A stretch of 64,000 nt of DNA from Scyliorhinus canicula (lineage: Eukaryota), in NCBI RefSeq assembly GCF_902713615.1, contig NC_052147.1, positions 16,941,865 through 17,005,864 on the forward strand, read 5' to 3'. Under the pieces are notes generated by a model that worked only from the letters and a program-made list of their open reading frames with translations, had not been told where the DNA came from and ran no database searches. Position numbers and translations under genes: made by a program. Below are positions 13,162 to 25,000 of the stretch, piece after piece (the stretch's first letter is position 1; each line of letters starts with the position of its first letter).

Positions 13162-16100
13162 AACCTGCCCGTCGCCTGGATCCCCAGGTCCATCAACGGT
13201 CCCTAAATGTCAGCCTCCTGTGAATTAGCTCCCCGACCCGACTCATTCACCGGGAGCACCTCACTTTTACCAATGTTCAACTTGTAGTCCGAGAAACCCT
13301 GAACCTCTCGAATAGGCTCATAATCCTCCCCATACACTCCAGTGGGTCTGACACATATAACAGCATGTCATCTTTGTACAACAACACCCGGTGCTCTCCA
13401 CTTCCCCTCCTAATCCTCTGCCACTCTGCTGACCCCATCAAGTGCCATGGCAATGGCTGTATATCTGGCGCAAACAGCTGCAGGAACAGCGGGTATCCCT
13501 GCCTCATTCCCGGATGCAACCTGAAACTCCTTGAGCTCCTCTCATAGAATGTAGAGTGCAGAAGGAGGCCATTCGGCCCATCAAGTCCGCACGGGCCCTT
13601 GGAAAGAACACCCAACTTGAGTGCCACACCTGCACCCTATCCCCTTTTATCTTCGTAACCCAACCTAACCTTTTTGGACACTAAGGGCAATTTAGAATGA
13701 ACAATCCACCTAACCTCCACATCTTTGGAGGAAACCGGAGCACCCGGGGGGAACGCACGAGAGAACGTGCAGTCTCCACACAGGCGGTGACCCAAGCTGG
13801 GAATCAAACCTGGGACCCTGGGGCTGTGAAGCAGCTGTGCTAACCACTATGCTACCGTGCTGCCTCCTCATTGGTCCATACACTCGCCACCAGGGCCACG
13901 TACAGCAAATGCACCTATGCCACAAACTTTGGCCCAAACCTTGAACAGGTACCGCCACTCCACCCGATCAAATGCCATAGACACCACTACCTCCGGTGCC
14001 CGCCCTCTCGATGGGATCATGATCACGTTCAGTAGTTGCTTTATATTACTAGAGAGTTGCCTGCCCTTCACAAAGCCCGTTTAATCCTCTGCAACCACCC
14101 CCTGGAACGCATCCTTCCATCCTCCTGCCACTAACTTAACCAGCACGTTCACACCCGTATTCAACAGTGATATGGGCCTGGACCCACGTTCTAACAGGTC
14201 ATTCCCTTTCTTTAGTATTCATGTGATCGTCGCCTGTGTCATTGTCTCCAGCAGCTCCCCCTCCTTGTTAAATGCCCCCAGTGTTTGTGGTGCCATTTAT
14301 GCCGCAAATCCCTTATAAAATACCGCCTGATAACCGTCCGTCCCCGGGGCTTCCCCGACTTAATCCCTGTATGCTTTCTGTTACTTCCCTCGGCCCGAGA
14401 GGCTCCTCTAGTACCTGCCTCCTCTCCTCGTCCAACCATGGAAATTCCAACCCATTCAAGAACCAGCCCACATCCCCATCCTCACCCCGCTGGATCCACC
14501 CCGTAAAATTCCTCATAATATTCCCTGAAGGCCTCCACTAACTTCCCCGCTCCAACACTACCTCCCACTGCCTCTAGCTGATGGGTAACGCGCGTCTCTC
14601 CTTCTCTCCATATTCATACTGAATCGCCTTTCATAGATGTGCAACCGCCCTTCCCATCGTCAACCTACTTAACTGCCCCTGTAACTTCTTTCCCTTCACC
14701 AATCCCTCCATGCTGGTGACCCTAGAACGCTCCCGATCCACCTCGACTATCTCGCCCAATAACCGTTCGTACCACTCTCCTTTTCCTGTCTCCGAGTGCT
14801 TTGAACGAGAGAATGAGTGGCCAAGTTTGGAATTGTTCCCAGCAGCCTCCTCACAAACCCCACATCGTCCCAATTTGGTGCGTATACATTCATTAGCACC
14901 ACCGTTGTCCCCTTCAGCAACCTGCTTACCATCCCGTATCTATCACCCGGGTCCTACACTTCCTTAGCACTTACAAACCCTGTCTTTTCACTCAGCAATA
15001 TGCACCCCCCCCCCCCCCCCCCCCCCCCCGGCCACTTTGAGTCAAACCCCGAGTGAAGTACCTGACCTAACCATCCCTTTCTCAGCCTAACCTGATCCCT
15101 CACCCAGAGGTGTGTCTCCTGCAGAATGACCACCCTGCCATAAAATCCTTGGGTGCGCGAAGAGCCGAGATCTCTTCACGGCCCGTTTAGCCCCCACACG
15201 TTCCATGTTATGAGTCTTACTCGGGGGCATTCTCGCCTCCCGATTCCGTCCCATTAAATTTAATCCAAAATGGCCTCCCTTCTCCGCCCATGACCACGCT
15301 TATCCTCCAACACTGCCACGTCGCATCTCCCTCCACCGCAACCTCACTTCCATTCATTATATTACCTGCCATATTACCAGCTCCTGCCTGAAGGCTCCAA
15401 CCCACCCCTTACTCTTTGATCTGTGCAAATGGCTCCCTGTGGAAGCTTGGTTTGAGTCTTGTGTATATGCCCAGCACCAGCCATTGTCCTCGCCAGACCC
15501 CACTGGTTAATGGGAAATGCCAGATACTCCTGTTTATCAATGGTGGTTTAAATCAAGACCCATTGTCCTCTGATATCCCTTTGTCTGATCAGCCATTAGC
15601 TCATTAAGGAGTTGGGCAGCACGGTAGCATGGTGGTTAGCATAAATGCTTCACAGCTCCAGGGTCCCAGGTTCGATTCCCGGCTGGGTCAATGTCTGTGC
15701 GGAGTCTGCACATCCTCCCCGTGTGTGCGTGGGTTTCCTCCGGGTGCTCCGGTTTCCTCCCACAGTCCAAAGATGTGCGGGTTAGGTGGATTGGCCATGC
15801 TAAATTGCCCGTAGTGTCCTTAAAAAAAAAAAAAAGTAAGGTTAAGGGGGGGTTGTTGGGTTACGGGTATAGGGTGGATACGTGGGTTTGAGTAGGGTGA
15901 TCATTGCTCGGCACAACATCGAGGGCCGAAGGGCCTGTTCTGTGCTGTACTGTTCTATGTTCTATGAGTCTGATGGCTTATTTTGTCTGTCCTTCGTTCT
16001 GCTGCAAAGTTGATCACCTGTGTCTGGACGTTTGTTACATATTCATAGAATTGGAGTGGGTAATCAAAGTCCATATCGCAATAACAGGTTCATGCTTTGA

Positions 16101-18825
16101 CTTGAGTACTTTTGCATCCAGTATAGATTCCAGCCAGGTTTTCATGAGGCAGCCTCTGTTCCTGGTCCATGTGCATCCCCTCAGCCTGCCTTCAGTTTCT
16201 GTGCTACATGTGCTTTACTTGCCGCACCGTAATCTGTATACAGTATTGCCACAACACATTTCTTTCTGTGCAACTGTCAAGTTGTGTAACGTTGCCTGGC
16301 CTTTATATTACAGGATCTACAGTTGGAAAAATTCTTCAAGTGGATGTCACCCCCTGCCCCACTCTCCCATGTGTACTTCGCAAAGGAAAATCCTATGCTG
16401 TGAATGTCACCTTTACCAGCAGTAAGTATGTTTTAAATGTAAAATAGGAAAAGAACACACTTCTCTGAAAAGTCTACTGGTTTTTAGTTTGTTGGCAATT
16501 CTTTTTTAAAAAAAAAACACTTTGTCTATATGAAGCTGTGTGTAGAAAGTTTAAATGTTTTATATCTGCTGGCTTGGCAAATATCAAACATTAAATAGCA
16601 AGTTATATTCATTTGATGTTGTAATCTTTTCTGCTTCGAGGGTTACCTTTTATAATGAAACGATGGATGGTGTAGCGGTAATGTCACCAGACTAGTAATC
16701 CAGAGGCCCAGGCTGGTGTCTTGAGTTCCAGTCCCACCATGGAAGCTCATGATAAATCTGGAACTGTGAAACCTGATTGGTTGTTGTAAAAACCCATCTG
16801 ATTCACTATTCTTTTGGGAAGGAAACCTGATGTCCTTATCTGGTGTGGCCCACATGTGACTCCAGACCCACAGCAATGTGGTTGACACTTAACTGCCCTC
16901 TGCAATGGCCTGGCAGACCACTTGTTTCAAGGGCAATTAGAATGTGCATCTGGCCTGGCCAATGGTGCCCACATCCCATGAAAAAATAAAAAATCTGGAA
17001 AATTTTTCAAATAGCTTAATGTATTTGAATTGTTTCCATTACTGAAGAACCTTGTAATGTCTTCCATGTGTTAAATGATCTGTTAAATTTGAAATATGTT
17101 TTGAAAATACATCAGGACTTAGTTTTGAAAGACGGAATTATTTTCCAACTGAGCATGCAAGATAAATATTGAGGGGAGGTTTTTTTTTTCAGATGGGACA
17201 TCATAATCAGCACAAGCTTGGGGGGCCGATGGGTCTTTTCCTGTAGTGTACTTTTCTTTTTTTCTTTGCATTGATGCAAAAAGAAATTACACCCAAATGG
17301 GTGTGCGAAGGAAAATATAACCAACACAAACCTATAAATCCAGTAAAGATGAGGGGGAAACTATTGGAAACTAGAAAAGTGATTAACAGGGGGGGGAAAT
17401 TAAGAGAAAGAAGTCCATATTAGAGGTTCTACAATTAAATTCAAACACACTAATTTTAATGGATGTGCTCATCTGACTCAAAAAGCCCAATCACTAAATC
17501 CCAGTTGCTGGTGTATATTGACTACAGAAAGAGACTATCGATGAACGGGGAGACGCTTCCATCTCCACCTAGTTGTCGTGGTCTTGGTGCTTGAACAAAC
17601 ATATAGGTGTGATCCTGTGTTCTGTTCTTTGCCTGTGATTCTTTTTAATGTGGCAATCTGAGTTAATGAGGCCTAACTGTTGCAACTATTCTTTCTTCAG
17701 AAACATCAAGTCAAACAAGCGTGGCTGCAGTTCATGGGATCCTGAGTGGAATTCCAATTCCTTTTTCTATTCCTAATTCTGATGGCTGTAAATCTGGGAT
17801 TCGGTGCCCCATCCGGAATAATCAGAACTATCACTACATCAATTACTTACCAGTAAAAAACGAATACCCATCAGTAAGTGTTCTCATAATTAGTATGTTG
17901 AAATTAGTATGTTGAACTGAAACATTCACCTGATCTACAGGTTATTTAGTCCTGCTATCTGTTCCATGCAGCCTGCATTTATGTTTAAACACATTTCCTG
18001 CCAGTTAGTTACAAAGAAAATTAGTGCAGGGTGGTGCATCACAGTAGCCTATCCAATGGGAGTGTCACGTGATAGACTTTTTTAACGATATGTGTCCTGT
18101 GTACTACAGGGGCATTCACTATTTTTGACACCTGTAGGGTGTTTAGAACTCTGAAGCCTACTATCTAGTTAAACCAACAAACAGTGCTTTTGTGTATCCC
18201 ATCAACAACAATCCCATCTACTGACTCTCGACAGCACTTACACATTTGATTTGCTATACCTTTCACTTGAAAATTTATTTGAGCTGGATAGAAACTACAA
18301 AAATACACTGCTACAACTGACTCCAATTGGGTTGTCCTTCCCACAGACTAGTGTGAAAGGAAGTGGCACTTTTTTGAGCTCATCAATACCTACACATGCA
18401 ACAGAATATCGGAAGTTTTGGAATTCCACTTTTTTCTTTTTATTCATTCATGGATTGAGGGGGTCTGGCAAGGACAGTATTTATTTCCCATCCCTAACTG
18501 GCCTTAAACTGCTGAAGTCCATCTGGTGTATGTAGACTCCATTCCATTAGTGAGACCGTTGCAGGATTTTGACCCACTGACTGAAAGAACAGAATTCAAT
18601 CCCAATGTCAGTCTAACTTATAAACTATTACCAATTGCCACATCATAACATTCCTAAGTTTAAGAAATGTATATGTGATTAACTTTAATGAACAAATGTG
18701 GTATTAACATTTTGATGTTTTATTTCCCCTTTTCCCAGATTAAGGTGGTGGTTGAATGGGAACTGAAGGATGAAAATAACAAAGACATCTTCTGCTGGAG
18801 GCTCCCTGTGCAGATTGCCAACTAA
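9085..18825 (+). CDS. NPC2: NPC intracellular cholesterol transporter 2, copy A (150 aa); exons 9085-9169, 16314-16421, 17701-17873, 18739-18825
   Basis: Spliced translation [30 protein letters not shown]...PCPTLPCVLRKG...DGCKSGIRCPI...EYPSIKVVVEWEL...IFCW; six ML-domain Cys, GT-AG junctions in phase, AATAAA 19027-19032. Confidence 0.95.
10267..10309 (-). ncRNA. Minimal type I hammerhead ribozyme motif in a Penelope terminal-repeat fragment
   Basis: Minus strand GAATCAC-CTGATGA-A-GGAGC-TGT-GCTCC-GAAA-GC-TA-GTGATTC: intact core, 7-bp stem I, 5-bp stem II. Confidence 0.7.
11560..15215 (-). mobile_element. Degenerate L1/Tx1-like LINE ORF2, interrupted by a Penelope repeat (11770-11975) and a SINE (13543-13865)
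   Basis: Fragments LMNVYAPNWDD (endonuclease), KGRQLSSNIKQLLNVIM, GMRQGYPL, YKDDMLLYV (RT), LPIFIPK..FIWAGKVPRV. Confidence 0.8.
15613..15965 (+). mobile_element. HE1/V-SINE full-length copy
   Basis: Head, V-core, TTCTATG-type tail. Confidence 0.8.
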
Positions 18826-20129
18826 ACTAGGTCACTAATTGCCAACTCCTGTAACAGCATCTATCCATTCTGTAGCCAGTTAGCAGTTTCTCGATTCTGC
18901 ATCTTCAAGAAAAAATTGTCAAACTTGAACAAGGACAGAAGTATTAAATTACAATTTTTGCACTTGTACGTTTTTGAACATGGATTTCTAGACTGTTATC
19001 TGTCCTAGCCTTAACATGATGGGATTAATAAAGCTGTGAATTACACTGTAAACTGTTTTGAAATCCAGAGTTCTTTGGGCATCAATAAGAATTTAAACCA
19101 TGGTGATTGTTTTTAAATTGAGGGTGTACTACTAGTTATGGAACTGACTACTAGAGGAATTACCTGGTTTGGATGCTTGGCAGCCTTTCTTATTTGGGCT
19201 TTCCTTATTTCTCTCTCCCCCCCCCCCCCCCCCCCCCCCCATCTCTCTCCCTCCCTCTTCCCAAACCCCACCCACTCCAAAATAATATTAGAAACATAGA
19301 AAATAGTACTCAGCCCTTCGAGGAATATTTTGCTTGAATTGTTCCTTCTTGGACTTTCATCTTTTTTTTTTTTGCTTGGGTTTTGGCCTTTTGTTTACCA
19401 GGTTCCTCCCTCGTCTCTTCCCCTCATGATTTGGCGACAACAATGTATTGGCAATCTTTTTTCCTGTTTGTCCTGTCTCCTTTGATGCAATGGGTACAGA
19501 TTTGTTTATCTCGCGAGCCAGATGACCAATGAAGGTATGTCGGGTAAACCACTGGCAACATGTCGAGTGCTGTAAGTGGAAGCATCACTGACCCAATCCA
19601 TACTACTGAGTGGGGCAGAAAGGGGTAGCATTGTCAGCGTTTGATCAGAACTCTCACCTTTGCACAATCAAGTGATTGGAGAGAGCGGGGACAGGGTCAA
19701 TGGGTTCTTGCCTCCATGTGGACCATCTTCATCCCTTGACCCCTGTCTCCATTTCGGTGATAGACCAACCATCATTATTACAAACCCCAGACTCTCTCAG
19801 CTCCCTCAATTACAGTTCCTCACCCTGCTTCCTATATGGACTCCATTGCATTCTGTCAGTTTCTCTGCCTCATGTGCATCTGTTCTGATTGCCACAGTTG
19901 AAAATGGTGCTTCTGACATGTCTGCCTTTTTCCTTAACTAAGGTTCTTCCACACTGCTCCCGGTGGTTGATAGGGCTCAACCAGTTTTGATCCATTTCCT
20001 GCACCTCAACCCTTCCTCCCAGAACCATGAAAGGGTCTCCTGCTTGTTCTCATTTTCCACCCCACCAGCCTCTGCATTCAAAGGATTATCCTTTACCATT
20101 TCTGCACATTCCAGTGTGATACTACCATA

Positions 20130-21380
20130 AAACACAGAAAATAGATAAGCCTGCTCAGCTATTCATTATGACCATAGCTGGTCATCAAGTTCAATACCCT
20201 GATCAAGCCTCATTTCCCCCCCCCCCCCCCCCCCAATATCCCTTGATATATTTAGCCAGAAGAACTATCTAATTTCTTGAAATTACACAATGTTTTGGCC
20301 TCAACTACTTTCTGTGGTAGTGGATTCCACATTTCTCCTCACCTCGGCTCTAAAAGGTTTACCCCTTATCCTTAAACTATGACCCCTAGTTCTGGACTCT
20401 CCCATCATCAGGAACATTCTTTCTGAGTCTACTCTGTCTAATCCTGTTAGAATTTTCTAAGTTTCTATGAGATTCCTTCTTGCCCTCTTCTAAACTCCAA
20501 TAAATATAATCCTAATTGAGTTTATCTCTCCTTGTATGACAGGCCTGCCATCCTGGGAATCAGCCTGGTAAACCTTTGCTGCACTCCATAGCAAGAACAT
20601 CCTTCCTCAGATAAGGACAGTACTCCAGGTGTGACCTCTCCAATGCCCTATACAATTGCAGTAAAACATCTTGCGTCCTATACTCCAATCCTGCAATGAA
20701 GGCCAACAGACTTTGTGCCTTCTTTACCTGCTGTACCTGCGTGCTGACATTCAGCGACTAATGCACGAGGACACCAAGGTTTCACCGAGTATCCATTTCT
20801 CTCAATTTACACGCATGCAAATAATAATTTACCTTCCTATTTTTATACCAAAGCTGATAACCTCCCACTTATCCACATTATACTGCAACTGCCATGCATA
20901 TGCCTGCTCATGCTCACTCAGCCACTCCAAATCCTGAAGCATCTCTGCATCCTCCTCGCAGCTCACCTTCCCACTCAACTTTTTATCATCTGCAAATTTT
21001 AAAATAATACATTTTGTTCCCTATTCCTAATAATATATAATTTGAACAGTTGGGGCCCTAGCATAGATCTCTGAGGTACCCCCCTAGTCACTGCTGCCAG
21101 TCAGAAAGAAAAACATTTATTCCATCTTGCTTCCTGTCTGCTAACCAGCTTTCTATCCCACCACAGGACATTATTACCCTTAATCCCATGATCTTTAGCA
21201 TTACATATTAATCTGCTATGTGAGACCTGTCGAAAGCCTTCTGAAAGTCTAAAAACACAGCCACCAGTTCTCCCTGGTCAGTTCTACTAGTTACATCTTC
21301 AAAGGACTCTAGATTTGTCAAGCATGATTTTCCTTTTGTAAATAAATGCTGATTTTGATTACACCACTGCTTTCCAAATG
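20130..21380 (-). mobile_element. CR1-type LINE RT/3' fragment
   Basis: KGKSCLTNL..F...VFLDFQKAFD, FADD motif and CR1 tail. Confidence 0.8.
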
Positions 21381-21694
21381 GTGTGCTGACAATGGTGACC
21401 AAGGACATGAGTCCTGGTCCCACCCAGGTGTAATCCACCCAGTTTGTCTGGGTCCCTTCTGTTTCAGAACCAGTCCCAAAGTTGACAGTTTTGTCTCTGG
21501 CTGCTGCCTGATGTGCTGTGTTTTTCCTGCCCTCTGTTTCAATGCATCACTCCTTCCTCAGGCGAAGCGGTGCTCCAAAAGCTAGTGATTTGAAAAAACC
21601 TGTTGGATTTCAACCTGGTGTGAGACTTCTTAAAGTGCTCACCCCAGTCCAACGCCAGCATCTCCACATCAGTGCACCAGAGGGTGGGTCCTGG

Positions 21695-21900
21695 TGATTG
21701 ACAGGGGGCGGGTGGCGGTGACGCGCCCAGCAGCTGAGTGACAGGGGGCGGGCCCCGGTGACGCGCTGAGTGACAGGGGGCGGGCCCCCGTGACGCGCTG
21801 AGCCGCTGAGTGACAGGGGGCGGTCCCCGGTGACACGCCGAGCCGCTGATTGACACAGGGCGGGCCCCGGTGACGCGCCCAGCCGCTGATTGACAGGGCG
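21695..21900 (+). repeat. ~40-bp GC-rich tandem repeat (5.5 units) in the NPC2 copy B promoter
   Basis: Unit TGA(T/G)TGACAG-GGGGCGGGCCCC-GGTGACGCG-CCCAGCCGC; TATAAA at 22035-22040 downstream. Confidence 0.85.
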
Positions 21901-22086
21901 GAGGAAGGAGCCATTGCTGATGGCGGGCTCCGCGACAGGGGACTGTGTGCATCCCGGTCGGGTGAGGCTGGGCGGGGCGGAGTTTGGTTCCCTGGAGGTT
22001 GGGCGGGGAGTGAATCATGTGAGGGCCCAACCTCTATAAAGGTCGCTTGTGGCTGAGTGGCCTTTAGTTCAGGCGGTGTTAGCGGG

Positions 22087-25000
22087 ATGGTAGTTGTGTG
22101 TTGGGTAATGGCGGCCCTCCTGGCCCTGGGCGCCCTGTGTCAGGCTGAACCCGTCAAGTTTGTGGACTGCGGTGAGTGATTTGAGGCGGGGGAGCCTTCA
22201 CATTGACCTTTTTATATATCTTACTAACATTAAATTTCTTTCCCCACGTTCGCCTGCTCTAGTCTAGCAATTCTCTGAGCTTTGTACAACTTTCTGTCAA
22301 AATCAGGTTGTATTTCTCTGCGTCAACCTTTGCAAGACAATATGATGGCCCTGAGGGGTTTAAGTGCCATTCCACTGGACTGAAATACTCATTGGCTTTT
22401 CTTCGAGCGGACTGAGATATGCTAATTGTATTGGGAGTGTGGTGTGATGGTCTGACTCATGTTCATGTGAGCTCTTATCGCTGCAAGTGGCCGTTTGTTA
22501 TTTTTTTGTGCTCTGAGAATTGAGTGTCTTCCGGCAGAGTAATGTTTTTCCAACAATGTGTGGGTTTCATAGAATCTCTACAGTGCAGAAGGAGGCCATT
22601 CAGCCCATCGAGGCATACAGCCCTCCAAAAGAGCACCCTACCTAGAGTGCACTCCCCTGCCCTATCTCTGTAACCTTGCGTATCAGTCATGGCCAAACTA
22701 TCTCACTTGAGCACCTTTTTGGACTGTTTGAGGCAGCCAGGGGGAAACCCACTCGGACACAGTGAGAACATGCGAACTCCACGCAGTCGCCCGAGGCTGC
22801 AATCGAACCTGGCTGCTGTGAGGCAGCAGTGCTAACCAACCACTGTTGTGAAATGTTTGGTGCCAAAGCTTCGCGGCTGACCGGTGTGAATAAACAGCTG
22901 AAAATGTAAAAATGCCTGGGAATTATTGGGTTGCATTGAAAATCAAAGCTTGTCAGTTTGCTCGAAAGTTTTTTTTTAAAAAGCCTGCACTCATGAGAAT
23001 TTGCAGTAGTGGAAAAGGAAAATTTCAGTCCACCTGTCTGCCTTTCCCTGTCATGCTCCGTTTCTTCTTGTCACCCCTCCACTTGACTTTTAACAGTGGA
23101 CATTCTTGTTCCCTCTTCCTCACATATACATAGCTTCCGTTTTTAATACATCTATACCATTTGTCCTGGCCACTCCCTGTGATAGCAAGTTCCATATTCT
23201 CACCACATTTTGGGTGAAGGAGTTTGTTCTTGTTCTCACTTGCCAAACAAGTAGTGATGATGCTGAAAAGCAATACAATTAAATGGAGCCCCTTTTGGAT
23301 GGCTATCATTTCTTTAAAAAAGTGCCTTCTGTTGGTGTTTGTTGGGGGCTGGTTTAGCACAGGGCTACTAAATAGCTGACTTTTAAAGCAGACCAAGGCA
23401 GGCCAGCAGCACGGTTCAATTCCTGTACCAGCCTCACCGAACAGGCGCAGAATGTGGCAACTATGGGCTTTTCACAGTAACTTCATTTGAAGCCTACTTG
23501 TGACAATAAGCGATTTTCATTTAATTTCAAGTTTGTTTCCTGTGTTGCACAGAGCAAGGTTACAACAGTCTTTGTTTGCTATTATGTATTGCGCAAAGTC
23601 TCCAAGGGCTACAAAGGCTTGCTGAAACACGTGTATGCAAGTAAAATCAAAATCTTGTTATATTCTTATTTTTGTTTCTTTTTCTTGTCTCTCTTTCTTC
23701 CTACTTTTCTTTACAGAAAGCTTCCAGTCCATGACAACTATGGAGTGAAGTGTATTGTACTGTATGCAATTATATTTTGGGCAGTAGAGTCCAGATTGTA
23801 ATTTTTGTTTTGGAAGTCCTCCACCTTGAGCTGAATTTGAGCTCAAGTACAAATTTTGCCTTTCTGTGCTGCCTCCAGAATCTCCTGAGTGAGACAGTAG
23901 GAAATAGATTAAGGGAGATTCCTTGAAGATCTTCAGACAAACTCCAGGAAACTGCAGCTATTATCATTAATTACCGCTAGCCCTCCACCGACCTTCTATC
24001 ACCCAAGGTGACCTTAATTCTCAGAAGCTCAGTCAATTTTCTTAAAGTAGAATGAATCCATACGTGGCCCACCGTTTGAAAGTACTGTTCACACTATTTC
24101 AAACCATCTAGCACTCAACGTTATTGCTGCAAAGTCTGCTGTCTCAGATTGTAGAATCACCTCCTAAAATGATCTTTATCATCTTAACTATTTTCCCCTC
24201 CACCATTTTGCACACTCCCTTTTCACCACTCTACATTTCTGCTTCCTCGTGACTAGAGAGCTTCAGAAATGTATTTCCTGTTCTTCCTGCAGATCCGTAT
24301 TCTCCATAGAAATCTAAGGCTAATTTCACGCAAGGCTATGGTAACATTGTTTTAGTCACATGCATTGCATGTTTTACACCATGCAAGTAAAAAAAAAACT
24401 TGTTAGCAGTCACTTCGCTCATGATGTTTATCCAGTCCATATCTCCTACTGTCAGATTATTAAAACCACATTAAGGATCTATTGGTGGTGGCAGCAGCAG
24501 CCTTCCATTCCGTAAATTGATGGTTTGCACTACGTGTGGCTCATGAACCCCACTAAGGATTAAACCACTAATTATTTTTGCATTCCGGCAAGTATAATGA
24601 CCTAACACAGCTTTAAAACATTTTATGTCAAGTACTGTTTCCTGTCACAGTCTAGTGGTTCCTGAATATCTGTGTAAAAAGTGCAGCTTTTAGCAGGTTA
24701 CTTTGGTCAAGCTTTTGTGCAACTGGATACAGTAAACAGCACATTGCATCTCTGCTAAACTTAGTTACTTACAATTTACCGTGCCGAAGGAGGCTGTTCG
24801 CCCATCGAGTCTTACCAGCCCTTGGAAAGAGGGCCCATGTCTCCAACCTAACCCCGTAACCCAGGGGTGGGCAAACTTTTCCATGCAAGGGCCACATTCA
24901 GAAATTCACAATTTTAAAGGGCTGCATAGTATATTAAGTAAAATAATTACTTCACCCGGTTATGATTCTGGGTGCCTCATATAGAACACAGAACATAGAA

